Source: Desulfatiglandales bacterium
Lineage (GTDB): Bacteria; Desulfobacterota; DSM-4660; Desulfatiglandales; Desulfatiglandaceae
Length of the DNA stretch: 64,000 nt
Assembly (NCBI GenBank): GCA_963662465.1
Contig: OY759599.1
Coordinates: 544,001 to 608,000 of the forward strand
Direction: 5' to 3'
The notes under the pieces were generated by a model. That model made no database searches, had not been told where the DNA came from, and worked only from the letters and a program-made list of their open reading frames with translations. Positions within the stretch are counted from its first letter, which is position 1, and each line of letters begins with the position of its first letter. Both the position numbers and the translations under genes were made by a program. Below are positions 39,746-48,131 of this stretch, piece by piece.

Positions 39746-41494
39746 ATGCCCGAAATAAAAGCCATTTCCCCAAACCGGCCGTTTATTCCAACCACCCCGA
39801 AAGAGGTTTCCGACCTGGGTTGGGACGGGTTGGATGTGATTCTGGTCACCGGCGATACTTACGTTGATTCCCCTTACATGGGAGTGGCCGTCATTGGTCG
39901 GGTGCTGATGGATGAAGGTTACCGGGTGGGCATTATTGCCCAACCGGATGTTGACGGCGATCGGGATATCAGTCGCCTGGGAGAACCGGCTTTGTTCTGG
40001 GGGGTGACGTCCGGCGCCGTGGATTCCATGATTGCCAATTACACGGCTTCGGGCAAACGGCGCAAACGGGACGATCTGACGCCGGGGGGCCTGAACACCA
40101 AACGGCCGGACCGGGCGGTCATCATTTACAGCAACCTTATCAGAAGGTATTTCAAGAACCATCCTTATATCGTCCTCGGGGGGATCGAGGCCAGCCTGAG
40201 GCGCATCTCCCATTACGACGCATGGGCCAATGCCGTGAGACGATCGATCCTGTTTGATGCCAAGGCAAATGTTTTGGTGTATGGCATGGCGGAAAGCAGC
40301 GTGGTGGAACTCGCCGGAAAACGTCGGTCGGGTGCAGCCATCACGGGGATACGGGGCATCTGCTACATCAGCCGGGACATTCCAACCGCTGATTCCCGGT
40401 TCCCGGGTTCGGATGTGGAACTGCCGGCGCACCATGAGGTCGTAAAGGACAAGCATGAGTTTACCCGCATGTTCAAGGTTTTTTATGAGAATGCGGACCC
40501 TGTAACGGCAAAACGGCTCTACCAGCGCCAGGATACCCGATATCTGATCCAGAATCCCCCGTCCTTGCCCCTTTCCTCAAAAGCCCTTGACCGAATTTAT
40601 GAACTGCCCTATTCGAGGGAGGTCCACCCTTTCTATCAGAAAATGGGAAGGGTCATCGCCATGGATACCATCAAGTTCTCCCTGACTACCCACCGGGGGT
40701 GTTATGGGGAATGCCGTTTTTGCGCCATTACGGTTCATCAGGGCAGGCATGTCTCGTCCCGTAGCGAAGCCTCCCTTTTGCGGGAAGCGGGTGCATTTTC
40801 AATGCACCCGGATTTCAAGGGGATTATTTCGGATGTGGGAGGCCCCACGGCCAACATGTACGGCATCGAATGCGAGCGGAAAAAGGCCCACGGCGCTTGT
40901 AAGGACAAGGGGTGTCTCTTCCCCGAACCCTGTAAGCATCTGCCGGTGCATCACGGTCGACAGATTCATTTGTTGAGCGCTTTGGCGCAACTGCCCGGCG
41001 TGAGAAAGGTCTTTGTGGGGTCCGGCATCCGATATGACTTGATTCTTCGGGACCGTAAAATGGGCAGGGTCTATCTGGAAGCGATCATGCGGCGACACGT
41101 GTCGGGGCAACTCAAAATCGCTCCCGAACATTCGGAGGATGCTGTCTTGAATCTCATGGGAAAACCAGGGGGAAAGGGGTTGGAAACCTTTGTTGAACTT
41201 TTTAATGGACTGAAACGAAAAATCGGCAACAAAATTTTTCTGACCTATTACCTGATGGCCGCTCATCCCGGATGCACCCATACCCACATGGAGGCCCTTC
41301 GACAGTTTGCCATGAAAACATTGCGTCTGCTGCCTGAGCAGGTGCAGATTTTCACCCCCTCTCCCGCCACATATGCGACCCTCATGTATTATACGGAGCG
41401 GGATCCCTTTTCCGGCCGGAAGGTTTTCGTGGAAAAAAACGTGAAGCGGAAAGAGGCGCAGAAGGAGATGGTGACCGGCAAGAGATGCCGTTAG
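39746..41494 (+). CDS. ygiQ: YgiQ-family radical SAM protein
   Basis: LVTGDTYVDSP, GGIEASLRR, HRGCYGECRFC, DVGGPTANMY, KIAPEH, HPGC. Confidence 0.93.
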   Translation: MPEIKAISPNRPFIPTTPKEVSDLGWDGLDVILVTGDTYVDSPYMGVAVIGRVLMDEGYRVGIIAQPDVDGDRDISRLGEPALFWGVTSGAVDSMIANYTASGKRRKRDDLTPGGLNTKRPDRAVIIYSNLIRRYFKNHPYIVLGGIEASLRRISHYDAWANAVRRSILFDAKANVLVYGMAESSVVELAGKRRSGAAITGIRGICYISRDIPTADSRFPGSDVELPAHHEVVKDKHEFTRMFKVFYENADPVTAKRLYQRQDTRYLIQNPPSLPLSSKALDRIYELPYSREVHPFYQKMGRVIAMDTIKFSLTTHRGCYGECRFCAITVHQGRHVSSRSEASLLREAGAFSMHPDFKGIISDVGGPTANMYGIECERKKAHGACKDKGCLFPEPCKHLPVHHGRQIHLLSALAQLPGVRKVFVGSGIRYDLILRDRKMGRVYLEAIMRRHVSGQLKIAPEHSEDAVLNLMGKPGGKGLETFVELFNGLKRKIGNKIFLTYYLMAAHPGCTHTHMEALRQFAMKTLRLLPEQVQIFTPSPATYATLMYYTERDPFSGRKVFVEKNVKRKEAQKEMVTGKRCR

Positions 41495-41524
41495 GACGGT
41501 CAATGAGAATAGGGAGGTTGTATA

Positions 41525-43111
41525 ATGACGTGTGCAACGCCGAAAAAGTTCTTTGAGGACAGTGGGGTGGTGGACCCTGTCCATTCCTATCATGTGACGC
41601 TTGAAAATGTAACCAACACCAAGGGGCAGGATCTCAAGATCATGGTGGATTGGGGTCGCTACTTTTCCATATTTGCGCCTCGTCAGAGCGGCAAGACCAC
41701 TTTTTTCAGAGATTTTTGTTTCAGGCTGGCGGAAGATCCAACCTATGTCCCCATTCTCCTGAGTTTCCAGGATTACAAAAGTCTTTCAGCCAAACGGTTT
41801 TACAGCCAGATTCAGGAAGCCCTGCATGAACAGCTTATCAACCGCTTGACCCTTATCGCCTGTCCTCAAATGGACGCGGTAAAGTCCTGCCTGGCGTCAT
41901 GTCCCCTGTCTGACCATGTTTCTTTTCGAGGGTTGTTTGAGGCGTTGAACCGTCAGGTGAAGCAGAAGAAGATTGTTATTTTCATTGATGAATTTGACGG
42001 CATCCCCCGATCCGAGCTGGAAAATTTTCTGACCACCCTGCGTGAGCTGTACCAAAAATATAAAATGCGCAAGGACAAGGCACTCTACGCCGTGGGTCTG
42101 GTGGGCATTCGAAATATCACCAAGCTGATCGTGGGGGGCGTATCGCCCTTCAACATTGCAGACCAGGTAAGGCTTCCGCCCTTCAGTCTCAAAAATGTCC
42201 GGGACCTTTATGGGCAATACACGGATGAAACCCATCAGCCCTTTACGGAAGGAGCGGTTTTAAAGATTTATGAAGAGACTGCAGGTCAACCCTGGCTGGT
42301 CAACCGGCTGGGAACCCTTTTGACCATCGACATCAAGCCGGAAACCGTTGATCCCATCACAGAAGAAGATGTGGGAGCGGCCATAAAACGCTTGTTGAAA
42401 GAAAGGAATAGTCATTTTGACAATCTGCTTGAAAAGGCCAAGCAGCACAAAGAGACCTTTGTTGAGATCGTGTTCGATGGTGTGGATTACAATCCGGACA
42501 ACGAAGATCAATCCTGGTTGGAGCAATATGGCCTGATCAGGGATGAGAATGAGAAAGCACAGGTTTCAAACCCCATATACCAGCAACGGTTTCTAAATGC
42601 CTTTTTCCAGGAATCTCATGCTGTAGCGGACGTTGTAGACAAGGGCTATCATACGCCTGACGGTTTCCTGAACATGGCGGTTATCCTTTCCGATTTTGAA
42701 GAATACATCGTTCAGATCGGCGTCAATGCCTTTTACGCGGGGGGGAAGCCCTATGAAAAAACAGGTCAGTTTTTGCTGACGGCCTGGTTGTATCAGTTCG
42801 TGGAAGGCGGGAAGGGGGACCTGCGTTACGAGGTGCCTTCCGGGTTGGGTCGAATGGACATTTTGCTTACTTACGGGGGACGGAAAACCATTATCGAAAC
42901 AAAGATAAACCGAACCCTGATCCACAAGACCATCGACAAAGCCGTCGATCAGGTCTGCGACAAGTACCTTTTGACGGAAAGGGCGAACGAGGGATATGTG
43001 ATTGTCTTTGACGTCAAGAAAAAGGTTGGGGAGATCGAAGGCCCTCACAGTCGGGAAAAAGACGGCCATAGGGTGCTGGTTTTTGATATGGGAATCGGGA
43101 AGGGGAAATGA
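41525..43111 (+). CDS. AAA-like ATPase with C-terminal PD-(D/E)XK nuclease motif, paralog 1
   Basis: APRQSGKTT, IFIDEFD, SPFNIA, GQPWLVN, GRMDI...IIETK. Confidence 0.88.
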   Translation: MTCATPKKFFEDSGVVDPVHSYHVTLENVTNTKGQDLKIMVDWGRYFSIFAPRQSGKTTFFRDFCFRLAEDPTYVPILLSFQDYKSLSAKRFYSQIQEALHEQLINRLTLIACPQMDAVKSCLASCPLSDHVSFRGLFEALNRQVKQKKIVIFIDEFDGIPRSELENFLTTLRELYQKYKMRKDKALYAVGLVGIRNITKLIVGGVSPFNIADQVRLPPFSLKNVRDLYGQYTDETHQPFTEGAVLKIYEETAGQPWLVNRLGTLLTIDIKPETVDPITEEDVGAAIKRLLKERNSHFDNLLEKAKQHKETFVEIVFDGVDYNPDNEDQSWLEQYGLIRDENEKAQVSNPIYQQRFLNAFFQESHAVADVVDKGYHTPDGFLNMAVILSDFEEYIVQIGVNAFYAGGKPYEKTGQFLLTAWLYQFVEGGKGDLRYEVPSGLGRMDILLTYGGRKTIIETKINRTLIHKTIDKAVDQVCDKYLLTERANEGYVIVFDVKKKVGEIEGPHSREKDGHRVLVFDMGIGKGK

Positions 43112-43125
43112 GAGGAAATAAGACC

Positions 43126-44709
43126 ATGACGTACATGAAGCCGAAAAAGTTTTTTGAGGACAGTGGTCTGGTGGACCCTGCTCATTCCTACCATGTGAAT
43201 CTGGAGAATGTGATTAACACCAGGGGGCAGGACATGCGGACCATGGTGGATCTGGGTCGCTATTTTTCCATATTTGCGCCCCGACAGAGCGGCAAGACCA
43301 CTTTTTTCAGAGATTTTTGTTTCAGGCTGGCGGAAGATCCAACCTATGTCCCCATTCTCCTGAGTTTTCAGTACATGAAGAATCTCGATGCAACAGCCTT
43401 TTACGAACGTGTTCAGAAGGATCTGTTTCAACAGTTGACAAAACGGCTTGAATCCGTGAACTGCGCCGGGAAAGACGCTGTCAAAGACTTCCTGACCTCC
43501 ACGTCCGTTTCAACCCATGCCGGCATATATGATCTATTCGAAACGCTGAACCAACTGATTCAGTCAAAAAAGATCGTCATTTTCATCGACGAATTCGACG
43601 GCATTCCCCGATCCGAATTGGAAAATTTTCTGACCACCCTGCGTGAACTGTATCAGAAATACAAAGGACAAACGGACAAGGCCTTGTACTCGGTGGGGCT
43701 TGTGGGCATTCGAAATATCACCAAACTGATCGTGGGGGGCGTATCGCCCTTCAACATCGCCGACCAAGTGAAGCTTCCGCCCTTCAGTCTTAAAAATGTT
43801 TGGGACCTTTATGGGCAATACACGGATGAAACCCATCAGCTTTTTACGGAAGGAGCGGTTCTAAAGGTTTATGAAGAGACTGCGGGCCAACCTTGGCTGG
43901 TCAACCGGCTGGGGACCCTTTTGACCATCGATATCAAGCCGGAAACCACGGATCCGGTCAATGAGAAAGACGTGGAAAAGGCGGTGGAGCTACTCCTTTA
44001 CGAAGAAAATAATCATTTTGACAATATCACCGAGAAGGCCCGACAGTTCAAGGAAACCTTTGTGGATGTGGTCTTTGACGGGGTGAACTATGTTCCCGGC
44101 GATGAGGCGCAATCACTTCTTTTGACCCATGGACTGATTAAAGCCGAGGGGAAAAAGCTGACCGTGGCCAATCCCATCTATAGAAAACGATTTGCAAAGA
44201 CCTTTTTCCGGGAATCCCATGCCACAACGGACGTTGTAGACAAGGGGTATTACACGCCTGACGGTTTTCTAAACATGGCGGCCATTCTTTCCGATTTTGA
44301 AGAATACATCGTTCAGATCGGCGTCAATGCTTTTTATGCGGGGGGGAAGCCCTATGAAAAAACAGGTCAGTTTTTGCTGACGGCCTGGTTGTATCAGTTC
44401 GTGGAAGGCGGGAAGGGGGACCTTCGTTACGAGGTGCCCTCCGGGTTGGGCCGAATGGACATTTTGCTCACTTACGGGGGACAAAAAACCATTATCGAAA
44501 CAAAGATAAACCGAACCCTGATCCACAAGACCATCGACAAAGCTGTAGATCAGGTCTGCGACAAGTACCTTTTGACGGAAAGGGCGAACGAGGGGTATGT
44601 GATTCTCTTTGACGTCAAGAAAAAGGTCGGGGAGATCGAAGGCCCCCATACTCGGGAAAAAGACGGCCATAGGGTGCTGGTTTTTGATATGGGAATCGGG
44701 AGGGGGTAA
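43126..44709 (+). CDS. AAA-like ATPase with C-terminal PD-(D/E)XK nuclease motif, paralog 2
   Basis: Same motifs; blocks near-identical to 41525..43111. Confidence 0.88.
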   Translation: MTYMKPKKFFEDSGLVDPAHSYHVNLENVINTRGQDMRTMVDLGRYFSIFAPRQSGKTTFFRDFCFRLAEDPTYVPILLSFQYMKNLDATAFYERVQKDLFQQLTKRLESVNCAGKDAVKDFLTSTSVSTHAGIYDLFETLNQLIQSKKIVIFIDEFDGIPRSELENFLTTLRELYQKYKGQTDKALYSVGLVGIRNITKLIVGGVSPFNIADQVKLPPFSLKNVWDLYGQYTDETHQLFTEGAVLKVYEETAGQPWLVNRLGTLLTIDIKPETTDPVNEKDVEKAVELLLYEENNHFDNITEKARQFKETFVDVVFDGVNYVPGDEAQSLLLTHGLIKAEGKKLTVANPIYRKRFAKTFFRESHATTDVVDKGYYTPDGFLNMAAILSDFEEYIVQIGVNAFYAGGKPYEKTGQFLLTAWLYQFVEGGKGDLRYEVPSGLGRMDILLTYGGQKTIIETKINRTLIHKTIDKAVDQVCDKYLLTERANEGYVILFDVKKKVGEIEGPHTREKDGHRVLVFDMGIGRG

Positions 44710-44712
44710 GCT

Positions 44713-44759
44713 GCTACCGAGGTAAGGCGGGACAGTTTCTCATTTGCGTGAACCTTGAT
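44713..44759 (+). repeat. 47-bp imperfect direct repeat, copy 1
   Basis: GCTACCGAGGTAAGGCGGGACAGTTTCTCATTTGCGTGAACCTTGAT; copy 2 at 46540. Confidence 0.9.
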
Positions 44760-44909
44760 CATCGTTCCGGCCATTTGCAGGGGTGAAAGACCCTTTTTTA
44801 AACTGTGCACCCCGATGAACCTTGTCATCATCAAGTAATCCTACCATCCTTTTTAATCGTGGTTCAAGACGATGTTGCCAACGCCGAATTGCAAGGGAAC
44901 GAGCCCTTC

Positions 44910-45201
44910 CTAAATTGTCCCGGCTTGTGGCTGTAGCCCAGGAACGGCTACGGCCACAAGCCGGGACAAAATGTTTGAACACGATTTAAAAGATTACCAT
45001 TGGCCGATAAAATGCAGACGAAATGGTGTAAAGGGGGGGAAGGAATTTGTCCGGACGCCGTCTTTTAATCCTGTCCATCTAAGAAATCCTGTTCATTGTG
45101 TTCAAGACAATGAGGATGCCCACAGTGACGGATAACCCTTTGCCTGTTCTTGAAAACTATAAAAATCACATCATCTACGATCACAAGCCGGGACAATTTA
45201 G
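44910..45201. mobile_element. MITE/REP-like element with 20-bp terminal inverted repeats and internal hairpin
   Basis: CTAAATTGTCCCGGCTTGTG (44910-44929) / CACAAGCCGGGACAATTTAG (45182-45201); 24-bp-stem hairpin at 44915-44969. Confidence 0.55.
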
Positions 45202-45209
45202 AAAATCAC

Positions 45210-45232
45210 GTTCCCACGCTCCGCGTGGGAAC
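45210..45232. repeat. REP-like palindrome
   Basis: GTTCCCACGC-TCC-GCGTGGGAAC. Confidence 0.75.
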
Positions 45233-45399
45233 CAGCGGGAGAAGCCGTGCAATCAATTCACAAATATTTGGAGTAGTTTATGTGCCAAAAATATTTGATA
45301 TTTTAAGAGAAAATATGATACCGTTTAGGTTCTAACTAGCTCACAATTAAAAAATGAATAGTTTTCATTTTGAGTTGTTCGTAAAAACAATTACCAAAA

Positions 45400-45687
45400 A
45401 TGAGGTTTATCATGGAAGCAATTATTAGAGAATCTGGGGGAGGGGTAAGCATTATAATCCCCGAAGATTTTAAAAAAGAATATCCTTTTAAAGAACATAT
45501 GATTTTTGAAATATTCGCTGAAAAAGAAAGAATAATTCTTAAACCGCAAGAAAAAACAAAGCGTCAAAAACTCACAGATGAATTCAATTCTATAAATCTG
45601 GATGACTTTGAAAAGTATAAACAAGAAACGCTTGCTCCTTTTCTAAATATGTCTGCTGAGGGAATGGAGTTGTTTGATGAAGAATGA
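45400..45687 (+). CDS. AbrB/MazE-like antitoxin
   Basis: IIRESGGGVSIIIP...ERIILKP; overlaps downstream toxin; AT-rich. Confidence 0.72.
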   Translation: MRFIMEAIIRESGGGVSIIIPEDFKKEYPFKEHMIFEIFAEKERIILKPQEKTKRQKLTDEFNSINLDDFEKYKQETLAPFLNMSAEGMELFDEE

Positions 45688-46021
45688 AGTGTCGCAACTG
45701 GGTTCAGCAGATATCATTTTTGTAAACCTTGATCCGAGAAAAGGTCATGAACAAGGTGGGGAAAGACCTGTTGTTGTGATTACTCCGGATTTTATGAATC
45801 GTTTAGGAATTGTCGGTGTTTTACCTATTACAAAAAGGAGAAAAGGTTTTCCATTTGAAATCCCGATCCCTTCGGAAATGAGAACAAAAGGTGTGATATT
45901 AGGTATACATTTCAGAAGTCTTGATCTAAAAGAACGTAACTGGAGATATCTTGAAACGATTCCTGAAAATAAGTATGAAACAGTGCGCGATTTTTTAAAA
46001 GCAATTCTAATTGATAAATAA
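45677..46021 (+). CDS. PemK/MazF-family toxin
   Basis: DIIFVNLDPRKGHEQGGERPVVVIT, LPIT, FPFEI, RSLDLKER. Confidence 0.92.
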   Translation: MKNEVSQLGSADIIFVNLDPRKGHEQGGERPVVVITPDFMNRLGIVGVLPITKRRKGFPFEIPIPSEMRTKGVILGIHFRSLDLKERNWRYLETIPENKYETVRDFLKAILIDK

Positions 46022-46163
46022 TCAGACTTTTCCAGGCTAGTTTGAGAGCCACTAAAAGGCAATTCACAGCCGCTAAAATAAAATACTGTATCAGAACCCA
46101 TCCCAATTAAAATCGAAAAAGCCATTGTTTTAATTGGAAATATAAGAAATGAAATTTTAAATT

Positions 46164-46442
46164 TGGCTCATGTTGGATTCCGGGGTCGTAAACATGCTAA
46201 ATCGGAATAAAGTATTGATTTAATACGGATTTTGCTTAGGACACGGAAATGTGCGACCGAGCAATAAATGTTTAATATTTTTAGCATGTTACAATATGTC
46301 TTGGGCCTTTTTTGGAACAAAAGACCCTGGAACCCAACATGAGCCATAATGAAATTATAAAATTTGTAATCGTTCACAGGAGTACAGAGGACATCGGAAA
46401 AAATTGGGGTGCAGTCCAAATGTAACTTTCCTATTTCATCGA
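46164..46442 (+). promoter_or_regulatory. CRISPR leader-like AT-rich region with nested inverted repeats and IHF-consensus site
   Basis: Directly precedes the repeat. IRs 46164-46187/46323-46346 and 46191-46201/46280-46290. Minus-strand AATCAATACTTTA (46208-46220) fits WATCARN4TTR. Confidence 0.6.
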
Positions 46443-46527
46443 GTCAGGAACATTGCCCCGCTTCGAGGGGATTGAGACCTTGTTTCGGAGGCGTAAACCC
46501 AAAGGACCTTATTGCGTCAGGAACATT
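46443..46527 (+). CRISPR. Orphan single-spacer CRISPR remnant/mini-array
   Basis: 36-nt repeat GTCAGGAACATTGCCCCGCTTCGAGGGGATTGAGAC (CCCC/GGGG stem, ATTGAGAC 3' handle), 37-nt spacer 46479-46515, truncated repeat GTCAGGAACATT 46516-46527. No cas genes in window. Confidence 0.8.
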
Positions 46528-46539
46528 ATTTTCTTGTTG

Positions 46540-46586
46540 GCTACCGACGTAAGGCGGGACAGTTTCTCATTTGTCTGAATCTTGAT
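46540..46586 (+). repeat. 47-bp imperfect direct repeat, copy 2
   Basis: GCTACCGACGTAAGGCGGGACAGTTTCTCATTTGTCTGAATCTTGAT. Confidence 0.9.
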
Positions 46587-46715
46587 TGCCTTGATCCCTT
46601 GATTTTTTCTGATTAAACTGATGACCTGGCGCCACGAAGGCTCTCTCCCCCATTTTTTTGTAGGAAGCATCATAACGCTTGACCCATATATCGTATAAAT
46701 GTTATATTTTGTGCC

Positions 46716-47084
46716 ATGGAATGGGAATTACTGATCAGTCAAGAATATGAAGAGTGGTTTAACAATTTGCCTCAAAAGCACAAAATGGCAATAGCAACTG
46801 ATTTGAACGTGCTGAAAGATATCGGCCCAACGCTTGGGCGCCCGTACGTGGATCAAATAAAAGGTTCAAAATTCAACAATTTGAAAGAACTGAGGACCAA
46901 AGCCTCCGGGCATATTTATCGCAGCCTTTTTGCCTTTGACCCCCAACGGTGTGCCGTAATTTTATGTGGTGGAGATAAAAGAGGGAAAGATCAGGAAAAA
47001 TTTTACAAAAACCTAGTTTCCCAGGCAGAAACTGTTTTTGAAAAGCACCTCAAGAACATTCAAAAGAAAGAAGAGGTGAGATGA
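46716..47084 (+). CDS. RelE/ParE-superfamily (HigB/Gp49-like) toxin
   Basis: GPTLGRPYVDQIKGSKFNNLKELR, R.LFAFDP.R.AVILCGGDK. Confidence 0.92.
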   Translation: MEWELLISQEYEEWFNNLPQKHKMAIATDLNVLKDIGPTLGRPYVDQIKGSKFNNLKELRTKASGHIYRSLFAFDPQRCAVILCGGDKRGKDQEKFYKNLVSQAETVFEKHLKNIQKKEEVR

Positions 47085-47380
47085 TGAAAACCTTGGAAAA
47101 ATTAATTGAAGAGAATTTTTCTTCCGAAGAAAAGGCTGAAATTCGGAGAAAATCAAAAGAGAAAGTAGCCATAATTCGCTTGCAACAGATTCGAAAATCA
47201 CACCATAAAACCCAAAAAGAACTTGCTCAGGCCATGGGTTTATCCCAATCTGCCTTATCGGAGTTCGAAAGAAGGCCAAATATTACTGTTACTGCAATGC
47301 AACGTTATATCGAAGCATTGGGGGGGGAACTGGTTATAAAGGCGGTGTTTCAGGGAGAAAGTGAGGAACTTCTCGCCTAA
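47081..47380 (+). CDS. XRE/HigA-like HTH antitoxin
   Basis: LQQIRK...TQKELAQAMGLSQSALSEFE, YIEALGGEL. Confidence 0.92.
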   Translation: MMKTLEKLIEENFSSEEKAEIRRKSKEKVAIIRLQQIRKSHHKTQKELAQAMGLSQSALSEFERRPNITVTAMQRYIEALGGELVIKAVFQGESEELLA

Positions 47381-47519
47381 AAGGGATACGATCATGATTG
47401 ATGCTTCCGGACAGTGAGAAGTGCCTGGTTATGACGGTGATCGATCCGGGTTACATGGGTGGTGGAATCTACTTTGGATCGCAGAGGGGTACGTATAAGT
47501 ACGTTCTGAAACGTCTGAC

Positions 47520-48131
47520 ATGATGGTAACTTGGGAACTTGCCAGTGTTACCCAGGCGACAGCGACAGTCAATTCATGCACGAGCAACTGTTTATGGGAG
47601 CCCGGAGAAGTGGTAACCTTAAAGAAGTTTTATGGGGATATGAGCGCCACAAGCTTACCCAAGACCGGACAAACGCAAAGCTATTATTACTATGATGACG
47701 GATACTACCAGATGGGCATTGAAGCCGCTGGTTCACGATTTACGGACAATGGCGATGGGACCGTGACCGATCACCAAACTGGACTAATCTGGCAAAAAGA
47801 AGGCAGCGGGAATGATGTGCATTGGTTTGCCGCGATTGCGTGGTGTCATGATCTGTGCAGTGGTTATTGCGGGTTTTCTGACGGTTCTAAATGCGGCGAC
47901 TGGCGCTTGCCCAATATTAACGAGCTGAAGTCCATTGTTGATTACAGTACGTCTAATCCCTCCATAAACACCGAGTATTTCCCCAATACGTTTTCGTCCC
48001 ATTACTGGTCGTCTACTACCTATGCCAGTAGTCCGTACGACGCCTGGGGCGTCTATTTCGGCTATGGCGGCGACAGCTGGGGCTATAAGTCCAGCTACCG
48101 TTACGTTCGGGCGGTTCGCGGCGGACAGTGA
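47520..48131 (+). CDS. DUF1566 (Lcl C-type-lectin-fold) protein, probable DGR target, likely 5'-degenerate
   Basis: LPKTGQT..Y...DDG, RFTDNGDGTVTD..TGLIWQK, DWRLPNINEL, YWSSTT...AW.V.F..G......K....VRAVRGGQ. Confidence 0.88.
   Translation: MMVTWELASVTQATATVNSCTSNCLWEPGEVVTLKKFYGDMSATSLPKTGQTQSYYYYDDGYYQMGIEAAGSRFTDNGDGTVTDHQTGLIWQKEGSGNDVHWFAAIAWCHDLCSGYCGFSDGSKCGDWRLPNINELKSIVDYSTSNPSINTEYFPNTFSSHYWSSTTYASSPYDAWGVYFGYGGDSWGYKSSYRYVRAVRGGQ
47991..48131 (+). other. Putative DGR variable region (VR)
   Basis: Non-scaffold codons are almost all NNY (CAT, TAT, AGT, AGT, TAC, GAC, GGC, AGC, CGT), as expected from adenine mutagenesis of AAY codons. Confidence 0.65.

Noticed and set aside
46175..46195. 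Weak similarity of the CRISPR spacer to the leader (CGTAAAC core)
   Set aside because: Only about 12 of 15 matches with a 7-nt exact core, compatible with chance
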